From NCBI RefSeq assembly GCF_963921235.1, contig NC_086107.1, positions 106,208,001 to 106,272,000 of the forward strand: a stretch of 64,000 nt of DNA. Reading direction: 5' to 3'. Under the pieces are notes generated by a model. That model was not told the origin of the DNA. It did not search any database and saw only the letters and a list, made by a program, of their open reading frames with translations. Both the position numbers and the translations under genes were made by a program. Below are positions 1-13,300 of the stretch, piece by piece; position 1 is the first letter of the stretch, and the number at the start of each line of letters is the position of its first letter. Source of the DNA: Mobula hypostoma. Its lineage: Eukaryota.

Positions 1-3000
1 AGTGAGGTGTGGGTCTGACAGTGAGTTGTGTGTCTGACAGTGGATTGTGTGTCTGACAGTGAGGTGTGTGTCTGACAGAGGATTGTGTGTCTGACAGTGA
101 GGTGTGTGTCTGACAGTGAGTTTTGTGTCTGACAGTGAGGTGTGTGTCTGACAGAGGATTGTGTGTCTGACAGTGAGGTGTGTGTCTGACATTGGGTTGT
201 GTGTCTGACAGTGAGGTGTGTGTCTGACAGTGGATTGTGTGTCTGACAGTGGGGTGTGTGTCTGACAGTGGATTGTGTGTCTGACAGTGGGGTGTGTGCC
301 TGACAGTGGATTGTGTGTCTGACATTGGATTGTGTGTCTGACAGTGAGGTGTGTGTCTGACAGTGGATTGTGTGTCTGACAGTGGGCTGTGTGTCTGACA
401 GTGGGGTGTGTGTCTGACATTGGATTGTGTGTCTGACAGTGAGGTGTGTGTCTGACAGTGAGGTGTGTGTCTGACAGTGGATTGTGTGTCTGACAGTGAG
501 GTGTGTGTCTGACAGTGGATTGTGTGTCTGACAGTGAGGTGTGTGTGTGACAGAGGATTGTGTGTCTGACAGTGAGGTGTGTGTCTGACAGTGAGTTGTG
601 TGTCTGACAGTGAGGTGTGTGTCTGACAGTGAGTTGTGTGTCTGACAGTGAGGTGTGTGTCTGACAGAGGATTGTGTGTCTGACAGTGAGGTGTGTGTCT
701 GACAGTGAGTTGTGTGTCTGACAGTGAGGTGTGTGTCTGACAGAGGATTGTGTGTCTGACAGTGGGGTGTGTGTCTGACAGTGAGGTGTGTGTCTGACAG
801 TGGATTGTGTGTCTGACAGTGAGTTGTGTGTCTGACAGTGGATTGTGTGTCTGACAGTGAGGTGTGTGTCTGACAGTGGGGTGTGTGTCTGACAGTGGAT
901 TGTGTGTCTGACAGTGAGGTGTGTGTCTGACAGTGGATTGTGTGTCTGACAGTGAGGTGTGTGTCTGACAGTGGATTGTGTGTCTGACAGTGGGGTGTGT
1001 GTCTGACAGTGGATTGTGTGTCTGACAGTGAGGTGTGTGTCTGACAGTGGATTGTGTGTCTGACAGTGAGGTGTGTGTCTGACAGTGGATTGTGTGTCTG
1101 ACAGTGGGGTGTGTGTCTGACAGTGAGTTGTGTGTCTGACAGTGGATTGTGTGTCTGACAGTGGGGTGTGTGTCTGACAGTGAGGTGTGTGTCTGACATT
1201 GGATTGTGTGTCTGACAGTGAGGTGTGTGTCTGACAGTGAGTTGTGTGTCTGACAGTGGATTGTGTGTCTGACAGTGGGGTGTGTGTCTGACAGTGAGGT
1301 GTGTGTCTGACAGTGGATTGTGTGTCTGACAGTGAGGTGTGTGTCTGACAGTGGATTGTGTGTCTGACAGTGAGTTGTGTGTCTGACAGTGGATTGTGTG
1401 TCTGACAGTGGGGTGTGTGTCTGACAGTGAGGTGTGTGTCTGACAGTGGGGTGTGTGTCTGACAGTGAGGTGTGTGTCTGACAGTGGATTGTGTGTCTGA
1501 CAGTGAGGTGTGTGTCTGACAGTGGATTGTGTGTCTGACAGTGAGGTGTGTGTCTGACAGTGAGGTGTGTGTCTGACAGTGGATTGTGTGTCTGACAGTG
1601 AGGTGTGTGTCTGACAGTGGATTGTGTGTCTGACAGTGAGGTGTGTGTCTGACAGTGGATTGTGTGTCTGACAGTGAGGTGTGTGTCTGACAGTGGATTG
1701 TGTGTCTGACAGTGGATTGTGTGTCTGACAGTGAGGTGTGTGTCTGACAGTGGATTGTGTGTCTGACAGTGGGGTGTGTGTCTGACAGTGGATTGTGTGT
1801 CTGACAGTGGATTGTGTGTCTGACAGTGAGGTGTGTGTCTGACAGTGGATTGTGTGTCTGACAGTGCGTTGTGTGTCTGACAGTGGATTGTGTGTCTGAC
1901 AGTGAGGTGTGTGTCTGACAGTGAGGTGTGTGTCTGACAGTGGATTGTGTGTCTGACAGTGAGGTGTGTGTCTGACAGTGAGGTGTGTGTCTGACAGTGG
2001 ATTGTGTGTCTGACAGTGGGGTGTGTGTCTGACAGTGAGGTGTGTGTCTGACAGTGGATTGTGTGTCTGACAGTGGGGTGTGTGTCTGACAGTGGATTGT
2101 GTGTCTGACAGTGAGGTGTGTGTCTGACAGTGGATTGTGTGTCTGACAGTGAGGTGTGTGTCTGACAGTGGATTGTGTGTCTGACAGTGAGGTGTGTGTC
2201 TGACAGTGGATTGTGTGTCTGACAGTGAGGTGTGTGTCTGACAGTGGATTGTGTGTCTGACAGTGAGGTGTGTGTCTGACAGTGAGTTGTGTGTCTGACA
2301 GTGAGGTGTGTGTCTGACAGAGGATTGTGTGTCTGACAGTGAGGTGTGTGTCTGACAGTGAGGTGTGTGTCTGACAGTGGATTGTGTGTCTGACAGTGAG
2401 TTGTGTGTCTGACAGTGGATTGTGTGTCTGACAGTGAGGTGTGTGTCTGACAGTGAGGTGTGTGTCTGACACTGGATTGTGTGTCTGACAGTGGGGTGTG
2501 TGTCTGACAGTGAGGTGTGTGTCTGACAGTGAGGTGTGTGTCTGACAGTGGATTGTGTGTCTGACAGTGAGGTGTGTGTCTGACAGTGGATTGTGTGTCT
2601 GACAGTGAGGTGTGTGTCTGACAGTGAGGTGTGTGTCTGACAGTGGATTGTGTGTCTGACAGTGAGGTGTGTGTCTGACAGTGGATTGTGTGTCTGACAG
2701 TGGATTGTGTGTCTGACAGTGAGTTGTGTGTCTGACAGTGGATTGTGTGTCTGACAGTGAGGTGTGTGTCTGACAGTGGATTGTGTGTCTGACAGTGAGG
2801 TGTGTGTCTGACAGTGGATTGTGTGTCTGACAGTGAGGTGTGTGTCTGACAGTGGATTGTGTGTCTGACAGTGGATTGTGTGTCTGACAGTGAGGTGTGT
2901 GTCTGACAGTGGATTGTGTGTCTGACAGTGAGGTGTGTGTCTGACAGTGGGTTGTGTGTCTGACAGTGAGGTGTGTGTCTGACAGTGGATTGTGTGTCTG

Positions 3001-6000
3001 ACAGTGAGGTGTGTGTCTGACAGTGGATTGTGTGTCTGACAGTGGGGTGTGTGTCTGACAGTGAGGTGTGTGTCTGACAGTGGATTGTGTGTCTGACAGT
3101 GAGTTGTGTGTCTGACAGTGGATTGTGTGTCTGACAGTGAGGTGTGTGTCTGACAGTGAGGTGTGTGTCTGACAGTGGATTGTGTGTCTGACAGTGAGGA
3201 TTGTGTGTCTGACAGTGGATTGTGTGTCTGACAGTGGATTGTGTGTCTGACAGTGAGGTGTGTGTCTGACAGTGGATTGTGTGTCTGACAGTGAGGTGTG
3301 TGTCTGACAGTGGATTGTGTGTCTGACAGTGAGGTGTGTGTCTGACAGTGGATTGTGTGTCTGACAGTGGATTGTGTGTCTGACAGTGAGGTGTGTGTCT
3401 GACAGTGGATTGTGTGTCTGACAGTGAGGTGTGTGTCTGACAGTGAGGTGTGTGTCTGACAGTGGGGTGTGTGTCTGACAGTGGATTGTGTGTCTGACAG
3501 TGAGGTGTGTGTCTGACAGTGGATTGTGTGTCTGACAGTGAGGTGTGTGTCTGACAGTGGATTGTGTGTCTGACAGTGGATTGTGTGTCTGACAGTGAGG
3601 TGTGTGTCTGACAGTGGATTGTGTGTCTGACAGTGAGGTGTGTGTCTGACAGTGGATTGTGTGTCTGACAGTGGGGTGTGTGTCTGACAGTGGATTGTGT
3701 GTCTGACAGTGAGGTGTGTGTCTGACAGTGAGGTGTGTGTCTGACAGTGGATTGTGTGTCTGACAGTGAGGTGTGTGTCTGACAGTGGATTGTGTGTCTG
3801 ACAGTGAGGTGTGTGTCTGACAGAGGATTGTGTGTCTGACAGTGAGGTGTGTGTCTGACAGAGGATTGTGTGTCTGACAGTGAGGTGTGTGTCTGACAGT
3901 GAGTTGTGTGTCTGACAGTGAGGTGTGTGTCTGACAGTGGATTGTGTGTCTGACAGTGAGGTGTGTGTCTGACAGTGGATTGTGTGTCTGACAGTGAGGT
4001 GTGTGTCTGACAGTGGATTGTGTGTCTGACAGTGAGGTGTGTGTCTGACAGTGGATTGTGTGTCTGACAGTGGTGTGTGCTGACAGTGAGTTGTGTGTCT
4101 GACAGTGGATTGTGTGTCTGACAGTGGGTGTGTGTCTACAGTGGTGTGTGTCTGACAGTGAGGTGTGTGTCTGACAGTGGATTGTGTGTCTGACAGTGAG
4201 GTGTGTGTCTGACAGAGGATTGTGTGTCTGACAGTGAGGTGTGTGTCTGACAGTGAGGTGTGTGTCTGACAGTGGATTGTGTGTCTGACAGTGAGGTGTG
4301 TGTCTGACAGTGGATTGTGTGTCTGACAGTGAGGTGTGTGTCTGACAGTGGATTGTGTGTCTGACAGTGAGGTGTGTGTCTGACAGTGGATTGTGTGTCT
4401 GACAGTGAGGTGTGTGTCTGACAGTGGGGTGTGTGTCTGACAGTGGATTGTGTGTCTGACAGTGAGGTGTGTGTCTGACAGTGAGGTGTGTGTCTGACAG
4501 TGGATTGTGTGTCTGACAGTGGGGTGTGTGTCTGACAGTGGATTGTGTGTCTGACAGTGGATTGTGTGTCTGACAGTGAGGTGTGTGTCTGACAGTGGAT
4601 TGTGTGTCTGACAGTGAGGTGTGTGTCTGACAGTGGATTGTGTGTCTGACAGTGAGGTGTGTGTCTGACAGAGGATTGTGTGTCTGACAGTGAGGTGTGT
4701 GTCTGACAGTGAGTTGTGTGTCTGACAGTGAGGTGTGTGTCTGACAGAGGATTGTGTGTCTGACAGTGAGGTGTGTGTCTGACATTGGGTTGTGTGTCTG
4801 ACAGTGAGGTGTGTGTCTGACAGTGGATTGTGTGTCTGACAGTGAGGTGTGTGTCTGACAGTGGATTGTGTGTCTGACAGTGGGGTGTGTGTCTGACAGT
4901 GAGGTGTGTGTCTGACAGTGGATTGTGTGTCTGACAGTGAGGTGTGTGTCTGACAGTGGATTGTGTGTCTGACAGTGAGGTGTGTGTCTGACAGTGGATT
5001 GTGTGTCTGACAGTGAGGTGTGTGTCTGACAGTGGGGTGTGTGTCTGACAGTGGATTGTGTGTCTGACAGTGAGGTGTGTGTCTGACAGTGGATTGTGTG
5101 TCTGACAGTGGGGTGTGTGTCTGACAGTGAGGTGTGTGTCTGACAGTGGATTGTGTGTCTGACAGTGAGGTGTGTGTCTGACAGTGGATTGTGTGTCTGA
5201 CAGTGAGGTGTGTGTCTGACAGTGGATTGTGTGTCTGACAGTGAGGTGTGTGTCTGACAGTGGATTGTGTGTCTGACAGTGGGGTGTGTGTCTGACAGTG
5301 GATTGTGTGTCTGACAGTGAGGTGTGTGTCTGACAGTGGATTGTGTGTCTGACAGTAAGGTGTGTGTCTGACAGTCGATTGTGTGTCACAGTGAGATGTG
5401 TGTCTGACAGTGAGGTGTGTGTCTGACAGTGGATTGTGTGTCTGACAGTGAGTTGTGTGTCTGACAGTGGATTGTGTGTCTGACAGTGAGGTGTGTGTCT
5501 GACAGTGGATTGTGTGTCTGACAGTGAGGTGTGTGTCTGACAGTGAGGTGTGTGTCTGACAGTGGATTGTGTGTCTGACAGTGAGGTGTGTGTCTGACAG
5601 TGGATTGTGTGTCTGACAGTGAGGTGTGTGTCTGACAGTGGATTGTGTGTCTGACAGTGAGGTGTGTGTCTGACAGTGGATTGTGTGTCTGACAGTGAGG
5701 TGTGTGTCTGACAGTGGATTGTGTGTCTGACAGTGGGGTGTGTGTCTGACAGTGAGGTGTGTGTCTGACAGTGGATTGTGTGTCTGACAGTGGGGTGTGT
5801 GTCTGACAGTGGATTGTGTGTCTGACATTGGATTGTGTGTCTGACAGTGAGGTGTGTGTCTGACAGAGGATTGTGTGTCTGACAGTGAGGTGTGTGTCTG
5901 ACAGTGAGTTTTGTGTCTGACAGTGAGGTGTGTGTCTGACAGAGGATTGTGTGTCTGACAGTGAGGTGTGTGTCTGACATTGGGTTGTGTGTCTGACAGT

Positions 6001-9000
6001 GAGGTGTGTGTCTGACAGTGGATTGTGTGTCTGACAGTGGGGTGTGTGTCTGACAGTGGATTGTGTGTCTGACAGTGGGGTGTGTGCCTGACAGTGGATT
6101 GTGTGTCTGACATTGGATTGTGTGTCTGACAGTGAGGTGTGTGTCTGACAGTGGATTGTGTGTCTGACAGTGGGCTGTGTGTCTGACAGTGGGGTGTGTG
6201 TCTGACATTGAATTCTGTGTCTGACAGTGAGGTGTGGGTCTGACAGTGAGGTGTGTGTCTGACAGTGGATTGTGTGTCTGACAGTGAGGTGTGTGTCTGA
6301 CAGAGGATTGTGTGTCTGACAGTGAGGTGTGTGTCTGACAGTGGATTGTGTGTCTGACAGTGAGGTGTGTGTCTGACAGTGGATTGTGTGTCTGACAGTG
6401 AGGTGTGTGTCTGACAGTGGATTGTGTGTCTGACAGTGGGGTGTGTGTCTGACAGTGAGGTGTGTGTCTGACAGTGGATTGTGTGTCTGACAGTGAGTTG
6501 TGTGTCTGACAGTGGATTGTGTGTCTGACAGTGAGGTGTGTGTCTGACAGTGGGGTGTGTGTCTGACATTGGATTGTGTGTCTGACAGTGAGGTGTGTGT
6601 CTGACAGTGAGGTGTGTGTCTGACAGTGGATAGTCTGTCTGACAGTGGGGTGTGTGTCTGACAGCGGATTGTGTGTCTGACAGTGCGGTGTGTGTCTGAC
6701 AGTGGATTGTGTGTCTGACAGTAGGGTGTCTGTCTGACAGTGAGTTGTGTGTCTGACAGTGGATTGTGTGTCTGACAGTGAGGTGTGTGTCTGACATTGG
6801 ATTGTGTGTCTGACAGTGAGGTGTGTGTCTGACAGTGGATTGTGTGTCTGACAGTGGGGTGTGTGTCTGACAGTGAGTTGTGTGTCTGACAGTGGATTGT
6901 GTGTCTGACAGTGGGGTGTGTGTCTGACAGTGAGGTGTGTGTCTGACAGTGGATTGTGTGTCTGACAGTGAGGTGTGTGTCTGACAGTGAGTTGTGTGTC
7001 TGACAGTGGATTGTGTGTCTGACAGTGGGGTGTGTGTCTGACAGTGAGGTGTGTGTCTGACAGTGGATTGTGTGTCTGACAGTGAGGTGTGTGTCTGACA
7101 GTGGATTGTGTGTCTGACAGTGAGGTGTGTGTCTGACAGTGGATTGTGTGTCTGACAGTGGGGTGTGTGTCTGACAGTGAGGTGTGTGTCTGACAGTGGG
7201 GTGTGTGTCTGACAGTGATGTGTGTGTCTGACAGTGGATTGTGTGTCTGACAGTGAGTTGTGTGTCTGACAGTGGATTGTGTGTCTGACAGTGAGGTGTG
7301 TGTCTGACAGTGGGGTGTGTGTCTGACATTGGATTGTATGTCTGACAGTGGGGTGTGTGTCTGACAGTGGATTGTGTGTCTGACAGTGAGGTGTGTGTCT
7401 GACAGTGGATTGTGTGTCTGACAGTGGGGTGTGTGTCTGACAGTGAGTTGTGTGTCTGACAGTGGATTGTGTGTCTGACAGTGGGGTGTGTGTCTGACAG
7501 TGAGGTGTGTGTCTGACATTGGATTGTGTGTCTGACAGTGAGGTGTGTGTCTGACAGTGAGTTGTGTGTCTGACAGTGGATTGTGTGTCTGACAGTGGGG
7601 TGTGTGTCTGACAGTGAGGTGTGTGTCTGACAGTGGATTGTGTGTCTGACAGTGGGGTGTGTGTCTGACAGTGGATTGTGTGTCTGACAGTGAGTTGTGT
7701 GTCTGACAGTGGATTGTGTGTCTGACAGTGAGTTGTGTGTCTGACAGTGGATTGTGTGTCTGACAGTGAGGTGTGTGTCTGACAGAGGATTGTGTGTCTG
7801 ACAGTGAGGTGTGTGTCTGACAGAGGATTGTGTGTCTGACAGTGAGGTGTGTGTCTGACAGTGAGTTGTGTGTCTGACAGTGAGGTGTGTGTCTGACAGA
7901 GGATTGTGTGTCTGACAGTGGGGTGTGTGTCTGACAGTGAGGTGTGTGTCTGACAGTGGATTGTGTGTCTGACAGTGAGTTGTGTGTCTGACAGTGGATT
8001 GTGTGTCTGACAGTGAGGTGTGTGTCTGACGGTGGGGTGTGTGTCTGACATTGGATTGTGTGTCTGACAGTGAGGTGTGTGTCTGACAGTGAGGTGTATG
8101 TCTGACAGTGGGGTGTGTGTCTGACAGTGGATTGTGTGTCTGACAGTGCGGTGTGTGTCTGACAGTGGATTGTGTGTCTGACAGTAGGGTGTCTGTCTGA
8201 CAGTGAGTTGTGTGTCTGACAGTGGATTGTGTGTCTGACAGTGAGGTGTGTGTCTGACAGTGGATTGTGTGTCTGACAGTGGGGTGTGTGTCTGACAGTG
8301 AGTTGTGTGTCTGACAGTGGATTGTGTGTCTGACAGTGGGGTGTGTGTCTGACAGTGAGTTGTGTGTCTGACAGTGGATTGTGTGTCTGACAGTGAGGTG
8401 TGTGTTTGACATTGGATTGTGTGTCTGACAGTGAGTTGTGTGTCTGACAGTGGATTGTGTGTCTGACAGTGGGGTGTGTGTCTGACAGTGAGTTGTGTGT
8501 CTGACAGTGGATTGTGTGTCTGACAGTGAGGTGTGTGTCTGACAGTGGATTGTTTGTCTGACAGTGAGTTGTGTGTCTTACAGTGAGGTGTGTGTCTGAC
8601 AGTGGATTGTGTGTCTGACAGTGAGTTGTGTGTCTGACAGTGGATTGTGTGTCTGACAGTGAGGTGTGTGTCTGACATTGGGTTGTGTGTCTGACAGTGA
8701 GGTGTGTGTCTGACAGTGGATTGTGTGTCTGACAGTGGGGTGTGTGTCTGACAGTGAGGTGTGTGTCTGACAGTGGGGTGTGTGTCTGACAGTGAGGTGT
8801 GTGTCTGACAGTGGATTGTGTGTCTGACAGTGAGTTGTGTGTCTGACAGTGGATTGTGTGTCTGACAGTGGGGTGTGTGTCTGACAGAGGATTGTGTGTC
8901 TGACAGTGAGGTGTGTGTCTGACAGTGGATTGTGTGTCTGACAGTGAGGTGTGTGTCTGACAGTGGATTGTGTGTCTGACAGTGAGGTGTGTGTCTGACA

Positions 9001-9340
9001 GTGGGGTGTGTGTCTGACAGTGAGGTGTGTGTCTGACAGTGGATTGTGTGTCTGACAGTGAGTTGTGTGTCTGACAGTGGATTGTGTGTCTGACAGTGGG
9101 GTGTGTGTCTGACAGTGGGGTGTGTGTCTGACAGTGGATTGTGTGTCTGACAGTGGGGTGTGTGTCTGACAGTGAGGTGTGTGTCTGACAGTGGGGTGTG
9201 TGTCTGACAGTGGATTGTGTGTCTGACAGTGGGGTGTTTGTCTGACAGTAAGGTGTGTGTCTGACAGTGGATTGTGTGTCTGACAGTGGATTGTGTGTCT
9301 GACAGTGGGGTGTGTGTCTGACAGTGAGTTGTGTGTGACA
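1..9340. repeat. 19-bp tandem satellite/minisatellite, about 490 units, open at the left window edge
   Basis: Constant 13-mer TGTGTGTCTGACA plus a variable 6-mer (GTGAGG, GTGGAT, GTGGGG, GTGAGT, rarer GAGGAT, TTGGAT). The array ends abruptly near 9340. Confidence 0.98.
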
Positions 9341-10349
9341 GCGGTTTCAGTGACACTGGAGAATGTATCTTGATGTGCGATACCAAGTTCTGCGTCTGCT
9401 AGTGAGGAATGTGAGTGAAAACTGTGGGGAAAATTAGCCGTACGATGCTGTATTTTACGGCTCTTTATTGACTCCATTAAGTTATTCTATGCTGCATTGT
9501 AAATCGTGATTTCAAAGGCTGTTGGAGAGTTTTGTGTGTGAGCATGAGCCACACCGTCCTTTTGCTTTTGATGGTCTGGCACAGATCCGCACCAGCCTCA
9601 TCCCAGGCAGCAACACGATTCACAATCGAACGTGGCAGATGGGCCCCCTGGCATCTCAGAGCTGAGTCACGTCTCACTGACTGAGGCTCCATCTGCCTTC
9701 CACTTCACTGGTGCAGCACATCACAGGAACTGAACGTGAAGCCATTCTCCAACGGCCCCCGCTTCTCCTGAAGAATCTTACACCCGGTGAGGTGTCCTTT
9801 GAAATGTCACTGCAACGCTGGGGGGATGAAGGAGGCCATAAAAAATAGAAATGGTGGTTTTTTTTCCTCACTTTTCCTTGCTTAGTAGGGTTTTTTTCCT
9901 CTTTTTTTGTCACCAACAATTTTTCAACCTTTAAAACAATATTTTGTTTTGAGACATTGTAAGTGTTGCCTACTTCGATGTACTCGTGATAATTTTGGAT
10001 AATAACAATAAAAAGATTTGAAAAGAAAAGAAAACTAGAAATGGGATAGACGTTTTACTCCACCCTGCAGTACCTCCTACACAATTCAGTAAGGTCTGTG
10101 TTGATATTACTTAGAAGATAGAATACAGTACAGGCCCTTCAGCCCACATTGTTGTGCCACCTGCTAACCTACTCTAAGATCAATCCAAGCCTACCCTCCT
10201 ACATTGCCCTCCATTTCTCTCTCATCTATCTGCCTATGCAAGAGTTTCTTAAATACTATGTCCCTCAGAATTTTATGAACTTCTATCGGGTTCTATCAAC
10301 CCCTCAGCCAGTACCACTCCTATTATGATCAGCCTCTCCTCGTACTATG

Positions 10350-10930
10350 TCATAGAACATATTGTAGCCCAGGAACAGGCTATTCGGCCCACAATGCTGA
10401 ACCAGTTAACAAGCAAATCATTAACACCCAAACACCAATCCCTCCTACCTACACCACATCCATATCCCTCCATCTTCCTCACATCCATGTGCCTATCCAA
10501 ACATCCCTTAAAAGCCTCTAATGTATTTGCCTCTACCATCATAGCAGGCATCCACCACTCTCTGAGTAAAAAACTTACCACTCACATCCTCTTCGAACCG
10601 ACCCCCTCTCACCTTCAATCCATGCCCTCTGGTGTTTAGATACTTCAACCTTAGGAAGCAGATACACCCTGTCCACTCTATCTATGCCTCTCATAAGCTT
10701 ATAAACCTCTTTCAGATCTCCCCTCAGCCTCCGACACTCCAGAGAAAACAACCCAACTTTATCCAGCCTCTCGTGCCCTCTAAACCAGGAAGCATCCTGA
10801 TAAACCTCTTCTGCATCCTCTTCAAAGCCTTAACACCTTTGTTATAGTGAATTGCACCGAGCTGTAACATCAATGAATTTCTTCCGCACTCTGCTTTCAC
10901 ATCTTTTCTAAAGTGTGGTGCCCAGAACTG
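10350..10930 (-). mobile_element. CR1-type LINE 3' fragment
   Basis: Minus-strand translation resembles the CR1 ORF2 C-terminus (VEANTLEAFKGCLDRHMD). CATAGAA-type tail near 10350. Confidence 0.8.
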
Positions 10931-10949
10931 GGCTTTTTTAAAAATTTAT

Positions 10950-11430
10950 TCATTTCCGGGATGTGGGCGTCATTTATTGCCCGTCCCTAGTTGCTCACCC
11001 TTGAGAAGGTGGTGATGAGCTGCCTTTTCGAACCGCTGCAGTCCCTGAGGTGTAGGTACACCCGCCGTGCTGTTAGGGAGGGAATTCCATGATTTTGACC
11101 CAGCGACAATGAAGGAACGGCGATATGTTTTCCAAGTCGGGATGGTGAGTGACTTGGAGGCGGATTTCTAAGTGGTGGTGTTCCCAGGTATCTGCTGTTT
11201 TCGATGGTAGTGGTCATGGATCTGGGAGGTGCTGCCTTAGGAACGTTGGTGTGTTGTTGCAGTGCGTCTTGTAGATAGCACACACTGTTGAAACTGTTCA
11301 TCGATGGTGGAGGGATTGGATGTTTGTGGAAGGGGTACCGATCCAGTGGGCTGCCTTGTACTGGGTGGTGTCCAGCTCCTTGAGTGTTGATGGAGCTGTA
11401 CTCACCCAGGCGAGTGGCGAGTATTCCAGT
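10950..11430 (-). mobile_element. Old CR1/L2-group LINE 3' fragment
   Basis: Frameshifted remnants of a ...RRSF.VAGSKSWNSLP-type ORF2 end, with a GGGCAATAAATG tail on the minus strand. Confidence 0.6.
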
Positions 11431-12179
11431 ACACTCTTCTCCAGTCTTACCTGCGTTAGTGCTTCATGTGTTTGCTTTGCTCTTGTAAACTCTGTCTCTA
11501 TTTATATAAATTCCAGGAACCCATGTTTGGTTAAACTTTGAGAGGCAAGAGGTTGCAGGGGTTGGAATCAAGAGCAGCAGACAATCGTGGGATGGATGTA
11601 AGATTTAAATAAATTCTAAATCTGCCGGAGGAATGCAGTAAGTCGAACAGAATCTGCGGGGGGAAAAGGAATTGTCAGTATTTTTGGTTGAAACCCTACC
11701 CGACCTTCTGCGATCCTCCAGCAGAGTGGTTGTCACGTTTTATTTTTAATCTGTCCTGCCACTTTCAGTGAACTTTGCACACAGTCTTGATTCTTGCACC
11801 CGTTCTAAGGCTTCTCATTCCTCCTAATTAGATGCATTACTTTACACGGATCAGCCTTAACATGCATCTGCCAACTCTCCGCCCGTTCCCACCACCCTCT
11901 CCTTCTCCAAGTCTATTATTATCCTCCTCACAACTCAATCTGCTTACTAGTTTTGTGTCATCTGCAAAATTTGCAAATTATGCCCTCTACACCCACGTCC
12001 AACTCATGAGTCTATATTAAGAAATGTATTGGTCGTAGTACCAGCCACTGGGAAACTGCACTCTACACTTCCTTCCAATACCAGAACCAGATTGTACGAG
12101 AATTATCTGCTTCTTGTAATGGAGTCAATTTTCTAACTACATTGCAATATCCCCCTTTATTTCAGGACTTGAACACAAA

Positions 12180-12580
12180 CCTCTTTGCTCTCTTCTCCCT
12201 GCTGCTATCAGGTAGAAGGTACAGGAGCCTCAGGACCCACTCCACCAGCTTCAGGAACAGTTACTACCCCTCAACCATCGGGCCCTTGAACAAAAGGGGA
12301 TAAACACACTCACTTGCCCATCCATTGAGATGCTTCCACATCCAGTGATCTCACTTTAAGGACTCTTTATCTCATTATCTCATGTTCCCGTTATTTATTG
12401 CTAATTATTTATATTTGCATTTGCATAGTTTGTTGTCTTCTGCACTCTGATTCATTTTTTATTGACCCTGTTATCGTTACTATTCTGTAGATTTGCTGAG
12501 GATGCCCACAGGAAAATAAATCTCAGGGCTGGATATGGAGACGTATATGTACTTTGATAATAAAATTTACTTTGAACATT
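12180..12580 (+). mobile_element. Rex1/Babar-type LINE 3' fragment
   Basis: Encodes LFSLLLSGRRYRSLRTHSTSFRNSYYP, the same C-terminal motif as the 63471 ORF, followed by a 3' UTR and an ACTTTGA tail. Confidence 0.7.
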
Positions 12581-12798
12581 AAACACAAAATACTCTGTAG
12601 ATGCTGGGGTCAAAGCAACACGCACAACACGCTGGAGGAACTCAACAGGTCGGGCAGCATCAGTGGAAACGAACGGTCAACGTTTCGGGCTGAGACGTTG
12701 ATTGTCAGTCCTGACGAAGGGTCTCGGCCCAAAACGTTGACTATTCGTTTCCACGGATGCTGCCCGACCTGCTGAGTTCCTCCAGCGTGTTGTGTGTG
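12581..12798. mobile_element. Palindromic Penelope-derived non-autonomous element with a hammerhead motif
   Basis: Near-perfect inverted arms of about 85 bp. Flanked by the direct repeat TTACTTTGAACATT (12567-12580 and 12799-12812). Confidence 0.75.
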
Positions 12799-12849
12799 TT
12801 ACTTTGAACATTGAATCTCGTACCATCTTATCAAAAAATCTCAATGGAT

Positions 12850-13300
12850 AAAAGCATGCAGGCATGGTCAAGAGGCTCAGTTGTTCAGACCAAACATCAG
12901 AATGAGGAAGAAATGTGATCTAACTGTGGAATGATTGTTGGTGCCAGATGGGGTGGTTTGTGTATCTCAAAAACTGCCGATCTCCTGGGATATTCATGCA
13001 CAACAGTCTCGAGGGTTTACAGAGAAAAACAAAAAACATCCAGTGAGTGGCAGCTCTGTGGGTGAAAATGCCTTGTTAAAGGGAGAGGTCAGAGGAGAAT
13101 GGCCAGACTGGTTGAAGCTGACAGGAAGGCGACAGTAACTCAAATAACCACGTGTTACAACAGTGGCGTGCAAAAGAGCATCTTTAAATGCACAACACTT
13201 AGAATTTTGAAGTGGACAGGCTACAGCAGCAGAATACCAAAAGCATACACTCAGGGTCCTCTTTGTTAGATAAGGAAGGAACCCAATAAAGTGGCTACTG
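12850..13300 (+). mobile_element. Tc1-family non-autonomous deletion derivative
   Basis: Decayed transposase N-terminus (MGKKCDL...GMIVGAR..G.SISETADLLGFS) and TIR remnant AATAAAGTGGC.ACTGA. Confidence 0.8.

Noticed and set aside
1..9340. CRISPR-like constant/variable alternation
   Set aside because: The variable part is only 6 bp with a few recurring states. There are no unique spacers or cas genes, and the context is vertebrate.
1..9340. RSS heptamer-like GACAGTG in each unit
   Set aside because: It lacks the essential CAC start, and no nonamer lies at 12/23 spacing.
4136..9477. Long His/Thr/Cys-rich ORFs (1127, 1008 and 299 aa)
   Set aside because: These are translations of the 19-bp satellite, whose minus strand lacks stops in all frames. 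Overlapping frames give the same peptide, and there is no gene context.
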